In this document: positions 28,313-37,572 of the stretch, in pieces
Numbering within the stretch: the first letter of the stretch is position 1
How the letters are laid out: the number at the start of each line of letters is the position of its first letter
Source of the DNA: Deltaproteobacteria bacterium
Lineage (GTDB): Bacteria > JAEEML01
Assembly (NCBI GenBank): GCA_016283195.1
Contig: JAEEML010000135.1
Span: 1,857-65,856 of the forward strand
DNA length: 64,000 nucleotides
Direction: 5' to 3'
The notes under the pieces: generated by a model
Seen by the model: only the letters and a program-made list of their open reading frames with translations
The model's database searches: none
What the model was told of the DNA's origin: nothing
Translations under genes and position numbers: made by a program

Positions 28313-30001
28313 ATGGTGGAAACCAAAACAGCTACTAACGAAGAATCTTTTGCTGCCCTTTTTGAAGAGAGCCTGGCCAAAAACCCCGTTAAAGAAGGTG
28401 AGATTACCCAGGGTACAGTAATCCAAATCACTAAAGACCACGTCCTTGTTGACATTGGTTTTAAGAGCGAGGGTACCATCCCGGCCAGTGAATTTAGAAA
28501 TGCCGCCGGTGAAATGACCATTAAAGTCGGTGACAAAGTGGATGTCTATGTGGACAGCCGCGAAAACGACGATGGTCTTATTGTCCTCTCTAAAGAGAAG
28601 GCCGACAAACTGAAAGTTTGGGATGAGATTTGCAAAGCCTGCGAAAAAGAAGAGCTGGTTGAAGGTACCGTTGTAGCTAAAGTAAAAGGCGGCCTTTCTG
28701 TAGATATCGGCGTCAAAGCTTTCCTCCCCGGCAGCCAAGTGGATTTGCGCCCGGTGCGCAATCTCGAAAAACTGGTCGGACAGAAATTCAAATGCAAAGT
28801 TATTAAGTTCAATAAAAAGCGCGGCAATATCGTTCTTTCCCGCCGTGTTCTTTTGGAAAAAGAGCGTGAAGAACTTAAGAAGAAAACTTTGGAAAATCTG
28901 CAAGAGGGCGAGATCCTCGATGGTATCGTTAAAAATATCACCGAGTACGGTGCCTTCATTGATCTCGGCGGTATTGATGGTCTCCTCCATATCACAGATA
29001 TGAGCTGGGGCCGCATCAATCACCCGAGCGAGCTCTTCTCCGTTGGCGATGAGATCAAAGTGAAAGTTTTGAAATGGGATCCGGCTACCGAGCGAGTGAG
29101 CCTTGGTTATAAACAAATCACCGAAGATCCTTGGAAGACAGTGAGCGAGCGTTATACCGTTGGTTCTACCTGTAAAGGTAAAGTGGTAAGCATTGCCGAT
29201 TACGGCGTCTTTGTTGAGCTGGAACCCGGTGTTGAAGGCCTCGTGCACGTTACTGAGATGAGCTGGACCAAGCGGGTTAAACATCCCGGCAAAATGGTTG
29301 ATGTCGGTGACGAAATTGAGGCCGTGGTGCTGGATATCGACCTGCCCAACAAGCGCATCTCTCTCGGCATGAAGCAAATCGAGCCCAACCCCTGGAGCGT
29401 TTTGCAAGAGCGTTATCCGGTGGGTGCTGTTATTAAAGGCAAAGTGCGCAATATTACCGATTTCGGTATCTTCATCGGCGTGGAAGAGGGTATTGACGGC
29501 CTCGTGCACGTTTCCGACCTCTCCTGGACCCACCGTGTGAAACACCCCAGCGATCTTTACAGCAAGGGCGATGAAGTGGAAGCCGTTGTGCTCAATATCG
29601 ACCCGGAAAAAGAGCGCTTCTCTCTCGGTATCAAACAGCTCACCGATGATCCTTGGGATACTTTGGCCGACCGCTATCCGCGCGGCACCAGAGTCAAAGG
29701 CACCGTGAAGAAAGTTACCCAGTACGGCGCTTTTGTGGAAATCGAGCCGGGAATTGAAGGCCTCTGCCACATCTCCGAATTTAGCGAAGAGCACGTGGAG
29801 AACCCCAGCGATATGGTGAAAGTGGGCGACCAAGTGGAAGTGCTGGTTCGCGATCTCGACCCGGCCGACCGCCGCATTTCTCTCTCTTTGAAAGCTGCTG
29901 CCAAAGATGGCGATGATTATGTATCTTATATGCAGGAATCACCCCGCGGTATGCAGCTCGGCAGCATTATCGGCGATAAATTGGGTGCCAATAAAGAATA
30001 A
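28313..30001 (+). CDS. rpsA: 30S ribosomal protein S1 (six S1 domains)
   Basis: Repeated S1 domains (GxV...G.FV.L..GV.GL.H.SE.SW) across ~560 aa. The start is at ATG 28313 (MVETKTATNEESFAALFEESL) with a GAGGAAG RBS; the track ORF starts upstream at 28214. Confidence 0.9.
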   Translation: MVETKTATNEESFAALFEESLAKNPVKEGEITQGTVIQITKDHVLVDIGFKSEGTIPASEFRNAAGEMTIKVGDKVDVYVDSRENDDGLIVLSKEKADKLKVWDEICKACEKEELVEGTVVAKVKGGLSVDIGVKAFLPGSQVDLRPVRNLEKLVGQKFKCKVIKFNKKRGNIVLSRRVLLEKEREELKKKTLENLQEGEILDGIVKNITEYGAFIDLGGIDGLLHITDMSWGRINHPSELFSVGDEIKVKVLKWDPATERVSLGYKQITEDPWKTVSERYTVGSTCKGKVVSIADYGVFVELEPGVEGLVHVTEMSWTKRVKHPGKMVDVGDEIEAVVLDIDLPNKRISLGMKQIEPNPWSVLQERYPVGAVIKGKVRNITDFGIFIGVEEGIDGLVHVSDLSWTHRVKHPSDLYSKGDEVEAVVLNIDPEKERFSLGIKQLTDDPWDTLADRYPRGTRVKGTVKKVTQYGAFVEIEPGIEGLCHISEFSEEHVENPSDMVKVGDQVEVLVRDLDPADRRISLSLKAAAKDGDDYVSYMQESPRGMQLGSIIGDKLGANKE

Positions 30002-30034
30002 TCTAGCTTTTATTAAAAGCTAAAAGCGGTTAAA

Positions 30035-30072
30035 AGAGCTGGGGTGGCCTAGGCTGCCTCAGCTCTTTTTTT
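30035..30072 (+). terminator. Rho-independent terminator after rpsA
   Basis: The AGAGCTG / CAGCTCT stem (30035-30041 and 30060-30066) encloses the palindrome GCCTAGGC and is followed by seven T (30066-30072). Confidence 0.5.
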
Positions 30073-30094
30073 ATCTGTAGCAGATGGGTGCTTT

Positions 30095-30952
30095 ATGGCA
30101 GAGATACTGGATGGTAAAGCGCTGGCCCAAAAAGTCAGGCAGGAGATTAAAGAGATAATAGCGGCGGATCCGCTATTAAGTGCACGGCCGCCATGTCTAG
30201 CTCTTCTGTTGGTGGGCGATAATGAGGCTTCGACCCATTATGTGGCTTTAAAGGCCAAAATGGCCGCCAAAGTGGGCATTAATACTCGAGAATTTGCCCT
30301 GCCGGCCGCAGTGAGCGAGAGTGCGCTTGTCGCTACCATAGAAGAGCTTAACAACGATCCGGCGGTTGATGCTATTTTGCTGCAACTCCCTCTGCCGGCC
30401 CACATAAATACACCTAAAATGCTGATGGCTATTAGCCCTAAAAAAGATGTGGACGGCTTTCACCCATATAATGTTGGCCTTTTGCACATGGGGCTTTCCG
30501 GCATTCAGCCCTGTACGCCGCGCGGTATTATGGCTTTGCTCGCTGAGTATAAAATTAATGTGTCCGGCAAAAGAGCGCTTGTTATCGGGCGCTCCAATAT
30601 TGTGGGCACGCCTATGGCCGCTCTTTTAAAAAGAGCCGACGCCACGGTTACTTTGGCCCACAGCAAAAGCCAAAATTTGCGAGAGCTTATCGCTGAGGCC
30701 GATATTGTGGTCTCCGCCGCCGGTAAGGCCGGCTTAGTGCATGGCTCAATGTTAAAAAGTGGAGCTATTGTCATTGATGTTGGGCAAAATTATGGCTCCG
30801 ATGGCACTTTATGCGGTGATGTAGATTTTATAAGTGCCGAAAAAAAGGCCGCTTATATTACCCCTGTTCCTGGTGGTGTTGGGCCGTTAACTATTGCGTT
30901 TTTACTAAAAAACGCTTTGGAACTAAGGCTTGGTAATGACCAAGAAAAATAA
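30095..30952 (+). CDS. folD: Bifunctional methylenetetrahydrofolate dehydrogenase / methenyltetrahydrofolate cyclohydrolase
   Basis: Conserved FolD pattern (GKALAQKVRQEIKE..., LLQLPLP, GRSNIVGTPMAALL, PVPGGVGPLTIA), 285 aa. Confidence 0.9.
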   Translation: MAEILDGKALAQKVRQEIKEIIAADPLLSARPPCLALLLVGDNEASTHYVALKAKMAAKVGINTREFALPAAVSESALVATIEELNNDPAVDAILLQLPLPAHINTPKMLMAISPKKDVDGFHPYNVGLLHMGLSGIQPCTPRGIMALLAEYKINVSGKRALVIGRSNIVGTPMAALLKRADATVTLAHSKSQNLRELIAEADIVVSAAGKAGLVHGSMLKSGAIVIDVGQNYGSDGTLCGDVDFISAEKKAAYITPVPGGVGPLTIAFLLKNALELRLGNDQEK

Positions 30953-32852
30953 TAATAATTTAAAGATAATAGCGCTGCTTTTACTGGCGGCTCTCCTGCT
31001 TGTTACCGTGTTCTTGTTTTTGCTCTCGGGCCTCTCTAAGCCGGAGGAGGCAGGCGCTATTATTGCAGAAGCCCAGCCGGAAGAGCGCCGGGAGGGCAAT
31101 TTGCCGGTGGCTCGTTACCGCCCGGAAGGCGCTGCCGAAAATGAAGAGCAGGTAAAAGAAGAGCGAGAAGTTATCTCCTCGCTTTCCGGCAAGGTTATTT
31201 CTCTGGCCGATGGTCATCCGATTACCGGGGCCAAACTGCTTTTTAGTCAGGAAAGCGGTCGGCTTTTGAATACAACTTCCAAAAGCGATGGCTCCTTTTA
31301 TTTTCTTATTTACGAAGAGGGAATTTATGAGCTTAAAAGTGTAACGGCGCCGGGCTTTATGCCCCTAAAAGGCAAGGGGGCTTCCGGAGAGCGCTTTAAT
31401 GCTACTACCGGCCTGGATGTTGGCGATGTAATTATTACATTGCAACCTCAAGACGAAGTAACCGGCCAAGTTATTGATGAAAATCGTCAGGGAGTAGAAG
31501 GTGCGGAAGTATGGTATATGCCCTACAAAAATCCCCAAAGCGCTTTTTCCGTAAAAACTATTAGTGATGGCTATTTTACTATTTCTGTTCCCGACCATAG
31601 TGTCTTGGAAGCGCATTATAAAGGCTATAAACCCGGGCGCAGTTTTTATCGCCGCGAAATGCAGCAAGGTGAACTGCTCATTATTATGCTTGGGGCCAAT
31701 TTAAACGGAGAAGATGTGGAATCGATCGGCGGCCGGGTACTTTTGCCTGATGGCGAGCCGGCCGGCGGGGCTATGGTTATGGCTTATCTGAATAAAGCCA
31801 GGGACGATAGTGCCAAAGCGCCAGCCAGGAGTTTGCCGGATACTGTTTATAGCGATGATGATGGTTATTTTGAAATACCCAACCTACTGGCGGGCAATTA
31901 CTATCTTTCGGCACGCCTCGATGGCTATCAACCGGCAAGATTACCGCAAGTGGAGAGCGGCACCGGCGATGCTGTTTTAAATCTTACCAGCGGCCTTACT
32001 ATTCGCGGGCAGGTATTAGACCAGGCTACCGGGGCACCGGTGCAGTCTTATACCGTTATTTTGACTAATCTCGGTGGTAGTAAGTATGCTCCAAGTCGCA
32101 GTGAGCCGGTATTTAGCGCTGATGGCCGCTATGAAATAAAAGGCCTTAGTAAACATAGCTTTACCATTGCCATAGCCGCCGCCGGTTACGCCGCTTCCGA
32201 TACACGCACCATTGTACCTTTTGGCGAGGAGCCTATGGAAGAGAATTTTGAACTGGTGGGCGGTGGGCGCGTTTTTGGCAAAGTGACCGACGAAGAGAGC
32301 GGCTCGCCCATCGGTGGAGCGGTTTTGCGCAGCGAAGGGCTCAGAATGAGCAGCAATAGCGCCGGTAGCTATCATGGGCAAACTTTAAGCGACAATAACG
32401 GCAATTTTGAGTTTTACGGCTTGCCTATCGGCACGCGTTCGCTGGCTGTTTCCGCGCCAGGTTATAATCCGCGCCTTATTTCCGGCCTTGAAATCTCTCC
32501 AGGCGGCAGCATCGGCCCTTTGGATGTAACTCTTACGCCTATTGGTGAAGGTGAGCAGGCCTCACTTGATATTACCGGCATCGGCGCAGTTTTGGGCCGC
32601 GCCAGAGGTGGCGGTATTGCCGTGGTGCGCATTGTTCCCGGCGGCGGAGCAGCCGAAGTGGGCCTTAAAAAAGGGGACCGCATTTTGGCTGTAAACGGCC
32701 TTTCTGTCGAAGGGCGCAACTTTAACGATGTAGTGGAAGAGGTGCGCGGGCCGGAAGGCTCAGTGGTAACGCTTTTAGTGCAAAAGGGCGGCGCCGCCGA
32801 GGATAGCGACCCAGTGACATTAGTAGTGCCCCGCCGCCGGGTGAAAGCCTAG
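30930..32852 (+). CDS. Membrane-anchored protein with multiple carboxypeptidase-regulatory-like (CarbopepD_reg/beta-sandwich) repeats and a C-terminal PDZ domain
   Basis: N-terminal TM helix (IIALLLLAALLLVTVFLFLLS). Repeated ~80-aa units of the G.V.D...G.P..GA.V form (ITGAKLLF, VTGQVIDENRQGVEGAEVWY, IGGRVLLPDGEPAGGAMV, IRGQVLDQATGAPV, VFGKVTDEESGSPIGGAVL). A C-terminal PDZ is present (GIAVVRIVPGGGAAEVGLKKGDRILAVNGLSV). It overlaps the folD 3' end by 23 nt. Confidence 0.6.
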   Translation: MVMTKKNNNNLKIIALLLLAALLLVTVFLFLLSGLSKPEEAGAIIAEAQPEERREGNLPVARYRPEGAAENEEQVKEEREVISSLSGKVISLADGHPITGAKLLFSQESGRLLNTTSKSDGSFYFLIYEEGIYELKSVTAPGFMPLKGKGASGERFNATTGLDVGDVIITLQPQDEVTGQVIDENRQGVEGAEVWYMPYKNPQSAFSVKTISDGYFTISVPDHSVLEAHYKGYKPGRSFYRREMQQGELLIIMLGANLNGEDVESIGGRVLLPDGEPAGGAMVMAYLNKARDDSAKAPARSLPDTVYSDDDGYFEIPNLLAGNYYLSARLDGYQPARLPQVESGTGDAVLNLTSGLTIRGQVLDQATGAPVQSYTVILTNLGGSKYAPSRSEPVFSADGRYEIKGLSKHSFTIAIAAAGYAASDTRTIVPFGEEPMEENFELVGGGRVFGKVTDEESGSPIGGAVLRSEGLRMSSNSAGSYHGQTLSDNNGNFEFYGLPIGTRSLAVSAPGYNPRLISGLEISPGGSIGPLDVTLTPIGEGEQASLDITGIGAVLGRARGGGIAVVRIVPGGGAAEVGLKKGDRILAVNGLSVEGRNFNDVVEEVRGPEGSVVTLLVQKGGAAEDSDPVTLVVPRRRVKA

Positions 32853-32872
32853 AATTTCATTTTTTAACTCCC

Positions 32873-32945
32873 TCACAGTGTGATAAAAACGTAAACCCAG
32901 CCTTAGCCTATCTGTGTATGAGCCCATGCACTTTCCTCTTGGCCG
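32873..32945. repeat. 73-bp direct repeat, copy 1 (72 of 73 positions identical to copy 2)
   Basis: TCACAGTGTGATAAAAACGTAAACCCAGCCTTAGCCTATCTGTGTATGAGCCCATGCACTTTCCTCTTGGCCG, 20 nt after the stop of the PDZ-protein gene. Confidence 0.85.
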
Positions 32946-33042
32946 TCACGTTTTGTGTATGCTAAAATACAGGCCGTGTTTGGAGGGCTCAATGGCTTCA
33001 CGCAAGAAACTTAGCAATATTAGTAAATTACCGCCGCTTATT

Positions 33043-33133
33043 CCCTCACCCCGCCGCTACGCGGCACCCCTCTCCATTTTTACAAATGGAGAGGGGGATT
33101 TGTTGTAATTATCAATAGTTGTGGGGGTGAGGG
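33043..33133. other. Nested GC-rich inverted repeat (possible terminator or structured RNA)
   Basis: Outer arms CCCTCACCCC (33043-33052) and GGGGTGAGGG (33124-33133) enclose a perfect 13-bp stem with a 4-nt loop: CCCCTCTCCATTT-TTAC-AAATGGAGAGGGG (33067-33096), followed by GATTTGTTGT. Confidence 0.5.
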
Positions 33134-33151
33134 CAAAAAGAGGAGGGTCTT

Positions 33152-33415
33152 ATGCAGGCGCAAAAGGTACTTTCCAAAGTAAGTAAGAGCGAGATTATGT
33201 GGCTGGCCCAGTTTAGAGCAGAGGTAGCTGAGCGCGATAGAAGGTCTGATATAGCAGCAGCTACCAGTAAAGCTATAAAAAAAGGTATGGAAAAAGGTAT
33301 GGAAAAAGGCAAGCTGGAAACTGCGTATAATATGCTCAAAGACGGCCTCTCCTTTGAAATTATAGCCAAATACACCGGCCTCTCCCTTGCTCAATTAAAA
33401 GCCATCACAGTGTGA
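33152..33415 (+). pseudogene. C-terminal remnant of an Rpn-family (YhgA-like PD-(D/E)XK) recombination-promoting nuclease / putative transposase gene
   Basis: The 87-aa ORF ...AIKKGMEKGMEKGKLETAYNMLKDGLSFEIIAKYTGLSLAQLKAI matches the characteristic C-terminal segment of Rpn/YhgA-like proteins. No N-terminal nuclease domain is encoded upstream, where the nested hairpin lies instead. Its last 11 nt are part of repeat copy 2. Confidence 0.5.
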
Positions 33416-33477
33416 TAAAAACGTAAACCCAGCCTTAGCCTATCTGTGTATGAGCCTATGCACTTTCCTCTTGGCCG
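33405..33477. repeat. 73-bp direct repeat, copy 2
   Basis: Same sequence as 32873-32945 with one C/T difference (GAGCCTATGC versus GAGCCCATGC). It lies 44 nt upstream of the first Tad-locus gene. Confidence 0.85.
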
Positions 33478-33520
33478 CGGGGGCAAGATGTGCGATACTT
33501 GGGAGCCGGAGGTTTGGGTT

Positions 33521-34480
33521 ATGATACTTAGACGCCATCTTTCTAAAACCACCAACCAACGCGGTCAGGCCCTTACTGAGTCGGTTATTATTCTGCCGAT
33601 TATGGTTTTTATGCTCTTTGGTATGTGGCAGCTCATGCTACTCCAGCATGCCCGGGTTATGGTGGAATATGCTGCCCATAATGCTTGCAGAGCCGGGATT
33701 GTGAATAATGGAGATCCGTACCCAATGAAGCAAGCTGCTTTAATATCAGTTTTGCCTCTCTTTGGCAGAACTGATAATCCTCGTGATTTGGGTGCAGTAT
33801 ATGCCCAAATGGAAGTTCTTATTACCGCTTGCGGCGCTGCTGATGCCGGTGTTGATAGGTTGGCTGGTATAATTAGAGAAAATTTTGGTATCAATATAGC
33901 TCATTTTGTACCCAGTACTTGTTTCGTCGATGTAGAAATACAAACACCAACTGATGAGATGTTTTTATTGGAGAGTAAAGACGCAGAAGAGATGGATTTT
34001 GATAATGTTCAAGATCCGAGTCATATGGTTCGCAATTTGCTCTCAGCCGAAGTAAGAGTGCTTTTCCCCTTAAAAATTCCAATTTTAAACCAAGTTATAT
34101 ATGAACTCTACATGGTTAACGCTATGATGGAAAGAAATCTTAGTTTTAGTAGGGAAGATGGTAAGGCACTGAATCAACTTAGTACCCAAATTGCCCAAAG
34201 AACGCTGGCCATAGAAGATGGTGGAGCGCCGAAAGAACTTACTGATATAGCTAAAGAAATCAGGTTGCCACTATGGAAAGTAAAAAGGCGAGCTGAAGTA
34301 ATGATGCTAAACTGTCTGGCATACGGGAGAGATAGCAATGTTGCTGGGTGTAATTTGCCAGGCGGAGCTTTTTTGGTGCCTATTACGGCTACTTGCGGTA
34401 TGCAGATGCAATCCAATTTTTATAAGGATTTTGTGAATTATGGTGCTTTTGATACCGGAGCGGTAAGGGGATTATTATGA
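33521..34480 (+). CDS. TadE/TadF-like pseudopilin (long form)
   Basis: Start at ATG 33521 (GGAGG 9 nt upstream). The N-terminus RGQALTESVIILPIMVFMLFGMWQLMLLQHARVMVEYAAHNACRAG matches the TadE-like domain (RGxAxVEFAL..P.LL.LLFG). The track ORF starts at 33446 inside the repeat. Confidence 0.6.
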   Translation: MILRRHLSKTTNQRGQALTESVIILPIMVFMLFGMWQLMLLQHARVMVEYAAHNACRAGIVNNGDPYPMKQAALISVLPLFGRTDNPRDLGAVYAQMEVLITACGAADAGVDRLAGIIRENFGINIAHFVPSTCFVDVEIQTPTDEMFLLESKDAEEMDFDNVQDPSHMVRNLLSAEVRVLFPLKIPILNQVIYELYMVNAMMERNLSFSREDGKALNQLSTQIAQRTLAIEDGGAPKELTDIAKEIRLPLWKVKRRAEVMMLNCLAYGRDSNVAGCNLPGGAFLVPITATCGMQMQSNFYKDFVNYGAFDTGAVRGLL

Positions 34481-36345
34481 ATAGCGTAAAAGAGCGTAAA
34501 TTGGTTATTCATAATGGCGGGCAAGCGGCGGTTTTAGGCGTTATTGCCATGCTTATACTTTCTCTTGGGTTATACACCACTTATAATATCGGGCGAACAG
34601 TAAGCGAAAAGATATATCTGCAAAATGTAGCCGATGCCACAGCTTATTCTATGGCTGCGGTAGAAGCCAGAACTTTTAACTTTATCGCTTTTGCCAACAG
34701 ATGCCAAGTAGCACACTATGCATTTTTGGTGTCGTATCAGTCACTTTCTCCAATATTACAATCATATGTTCTAAAATATGCTCTTTATGCATATGCTCTT
34801 GATTTATTGTGGACAGTATTAGATCATGGGGCTTTGTTAAGATTTGCTGTCATGATATATATTGGTCCACTTCTAAGAGCCATAGGAAGAGCTTGTAATG
34901 CACTAAAAAAAGTTGTTAAGCCACTAGCACAAGTATGTGAAAGAGTAGCAAGTGTCTTTCGACAGTTATCGAAAGTATTAGGTGCATTATCTTCTGTAAT
35001 ATACCCAATTGTTATAATGATGAATTGGATATACTGGGCTGCTAGTTGGGCCATGTCAATAGGAGCTTTTAGTATTCTTGCCGATGATGGATATGAGGCT
35101 GTAACAAGAAGAAATGATCCAACAATTAAAAAACATCCTGTGCTTGGTCGTGTGATGGGCTATTTAAGCGCTTTTCGCTTTAATAATGTTTTTGATCCTG
35201 TTGGCGGAGCACCGCTTCCATTCACTTTGGATGGATTTGACGCTCATTTTGCTGCACCTAAGCTGCTACCAACTAAAAATGCTCAAACCAAAGATGATAA
35301 ATCCATCAAAGCAGCTCAAGTAATAATGACAGAGATAGTTAATGCAACTAGACAAGATAATCAAGCTATTGATCGTGGTTTTCTGAGTGGAGAAACTGCA
35401 GCAGTGCGTAGATTAAAAAACATTAAAAATGAGGCCCAAAGCATAGCTTCTGATGCCGAGGGTGGCGGTGATGATGCTGCCGATGTATTATCAGGTATAA
35501 CAGACACCTTGTCATTTCTAAATCAATTAAGTTTAAAACATGGGCAGACAAAACTTGTTTCGCAAAGAAAAGAGCTTTCCAGCAAAGGAGATATACAGGA
35601 AGCATTAATAGATGTAAAAAAGACAGAAACAGATAAAAGCAAGTTTAATCGTGGAACGGCGTTATCTGCTGTTGATTATTTCGGCAGTGGTTCTGGCTGG
35701 GCTGGGCGAATATTAAATATTGGTACATATGCTACTGTGGATAAAACATATAATTGTTTTTTTGATGGTCCATTAAACAAAAAAAATCCTCTGGGTAAGA
35801 GTCAATTGCTTTTTGCAAAATGGTTTAATCTTTTTGGTGAAATCGAGGCAGGTATACGCACAGTTAACTTATTAGATGGTGGCTATATTAAGTGTGCAGA
35901 TACTAAAGATAAAAGTGGAGATGAAAAAGGCAAAGATTATGGCGCATACCCTTGGCGTGGCATACAGCCTTATATGAAGTTTCTTCCTAAATCTAATGAT
36001 GCGGAATTTAATCAGCCTGATACATGGGTGTGGTTACACCGCGATTTTGATGATATCTCACTGGGTGAAAACGATTTAAACTTTACTTTTAGGGCCGCCG
36101 GCGGCTCTGCCACTTTTAATGGCATGCATGATGCCGGTATTCCCGGTATCAATGTTATTTCCAGGGGGCAAGCTTATTATCATCGGCCCGGTGCTTGGAA
36201 AGAACACCCCAATTTCTTTAACCCCTATTGGCGGGCTCGTTTGGCGCCAATTGGTGATAAATTAGACAAATGGCTTAACAAATTGCCTTTTGAGGTTAAT
36301 GGCACCATTTCAAAATTTCTTACAGATGGGATTATTACCCACTAA
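34477..36345 (+). CDS. TadG-like / Tad-domain (pilus-assembly) protein, 622 aa
   Basis: The N-terminus GGQAAVLGVIAMLILSLGLYTTYNIGRTVSEKIYLQNVADATAYSMAAVEA matches the Tad_N motif (G..AV...L.LP.LL...G.A.D.G......L.QNAAD.AAL.). It overlaps the previous gene by 4 nt. Confidence 0.55.
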   Translation: MNSVKERKLVIHNGGQAAVLGVIAMLILSLGLYTTYNIGRTVSEKIYLQNVADATAYSMAAVEARTFNFIAFANRCQVAHYAFLVSYQSLSPILQSYVLKYALYAYALDLLWTVLDHGALLRFAVMIYIGPLLRAIGRACNALKKVVKPLAQVCERVASVFRQLSKVLGALSSVIYPIVIMMNWIYWAASWAMSIGAFSILADDGYEAVTRRNDPTIKKHPVLGRVMGYLSAFRFNNVFDPVGGAPLPFTLDGFDAHFAAPKLLPTKNAQTKDDKSIKAAQVIMTEIVNATRQDNQAIDRGFLSGETAAVRRLKNIKNEAQSIASDAEGGGDDAADVLSGITDTLSFLNQLSLKHGQTKLVSQRKELSSKGDIQEALIDVKKTETDKSKFNRGTALSAVDYFGSGSGWAGRILNIGTYATVDKTYNCFFDGPLNKKNPLGKSQLLFAKWFNLFGEIEAGIRTVNLLDGGYIKCADTKDKSGDEKGKDYGAYPWRGIQPYMKFLPKSNDAEFNQPDTWVWLHRDFDDISLGENDLNFTFRAAGGSATFNGMHDAGIPGINVISRGQAYYHRPGAWKEHPNFFNPYWRARLAPIGDKLDKWLNKLPFEVNGTISKFLTDGIITH

Positions 36346-36357
36346 AGAGGTGCTGCA

Positions 36358-37563
36358 ATGGGGAGAAATATTCCACGAAAAGTTGCTGGTAGCGCTCTTA
36401 CAGAATTTGTTCTCATAGTGCCAATGTTTATTATGGTTTTTTATTATACACTTTTTTTAAATGATATAACGGTTAATAAAATAAAATCACTTGATATTAC
36501 CAGGTATGTTGCTTTTGCCATGGCTGACACTCAAGGATCAAATTACCATGATAAGATTGCTACTGGAATACTTAGTACTTTTGGTTATGGTTCGAGTTTT
36601 GATTTGGCGAAGGATGTTGTTAATGAAAACACCAAGCTTATTTGGGGAGATCTTAATCCTACAAATTGGTCAAGTTCCATTATAGGTTTGTTCGCTTCAG
36701 GTACCTCTGATGTAAGAATGAGTATTGACTCCATCGAAAAGCTGAATTCACCTAAACTATATGATGGAGGTGCCTCTTATATTAACGATTATGCGCATTC
36801 AGATCTTTCACTTCTACAAAATGTCCTTTCAAAAATACAGAATGAATATGATAAAGTTCTTGAACGAGCTGGTTTTAATACTGACGGCATGGCTAAAGTA
36901 ACAGTGTCTGTTTTTGTAAAAAACAAAATGATTCCTACATCATATCGTGATAGAAATGGAAGAACTTTACTTGACAATACTGGTATTTCTACCGAATTGA
37001 AAATTACACATAATTTGATTATGTATACTGATAGTTGGAAGTTGGAAGATGGTCGTAATATACACATGAGTGATGCTGACGTGTATGATAACATAGAAAC
37101 TAGCGGAGTTTTTGAGCGATTATGGGCTGGAGTTGCCGGAAGTCCTTATCATCAGCAAGTTGCCAGAATGTGGATGGGAACTTATAGCCCAAAGAATTTA
37201 TCTCAAGATATTGTTCATCAATTTAGCGGATCAGATAGTTCTGGAGGGGAGGTTTTAGAGGCTATTGTTGGTAAAGCAGTCCAATGGGCATTAGGATTTA
37301 TTCCGGCACGACCATTTGATGTTAAAGTTGTTTCGCATGCATATAAGGAATCACTCAAAGATGGTATGATTAATGCCTTTAGATATGCTGATAATGCCTA
37401 TTCTGATCACTCTGTAGAAGAGTTTCATACCGCGCCCATGGTTGAAGATCCCAATGATGAAACAGGTTCTGAGTATTACAAAACGTGGAATAAACGTGGT
37501 CCTTATTTTATGGGGTGTAAAGACCACGGCGTCAGACATTGCAAGCCCCAAGATACTGAATAG
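36358..37563 (+). CDS. Second TadE-like pseudopilin-type protein (401 aa)
   Basis: The N-terminus KVAGSALTEFVLIVPMFIMVFYYTLFLNDI has the TadE-like signature and is followed by a large soluble domain. Confidence 0.5.
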   Translation: MGRNIPRKVAGSALTEFVLIVPMFIMVFYYTLFLNDITVNKIKSLDITRYVAFAMADTQGSNYHDKIATGILSTFGYGSSFDLAKDVVNENTKLIWGDLNPTNWSSSIIGLFASGTSDVRMSIDSIEKLNSPKLYDGGASYINDYAHSDLSLLQNVLSKIQNEYDKVLERAGFNTDGMAKVTVSVFVKNKMIPTSYRDRNGRTLLDNTGISTELKITHNLIMYTDSWKLEDGRNIHMSDADVYDNIETSGVFERLWAGVAGSPYHQQVARMWMGTYSPKNLSQDIVHQFSGSDSSGGEVLEAIVGKAVQWALGFIPARPFDVKVVSHAYKESLKDGMINAFRYADNAYSDHSVEEFHTAPMVEDPNDETGSEYYKTWNKRGPYFMGCKDHGVRHCKPQDTE

Positions 37564-37572
37564 GAGGCACTA

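Noticed and set aside
28265-29833. 522-aa ORF antisense to rpsA
   Set aside because: It lies entirely within the strongly conserved ribosomal protein S1 gene on the opposite strand. Its product is low-complexity and Phe/Ala-rich with no motifs, so it is an antisense-frame artefact.
32873-32883. TCACA-G-TGTGA palindrome at the start of each repeat copy, resembling CRP/FNR half-sites
   Set aside because: The half-sites have the wrong spacing (1 nt instead of 6) and orientation for CRP/FNR. The palindrome also spans the stop codon of the Rpn remnant, so it is more likely a recombination-junction feature than a regulator site.
32914-33394. Short ORFs (64, 104 and 87 aa) on both strands between the repeat copies, and the MYEPMHFPLGR reading frame starting in each repeat copy
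   Set aside because: The frames cross the perfect hairpin and low-complexity sequence. The N-terminal MYEPMHFPLGR... extension of the TadE-like ORF lies inside the repeat and lacks an RBS, whereas ATG 33521 has GGAGG upstream and begins the conserved TadE-like domain.
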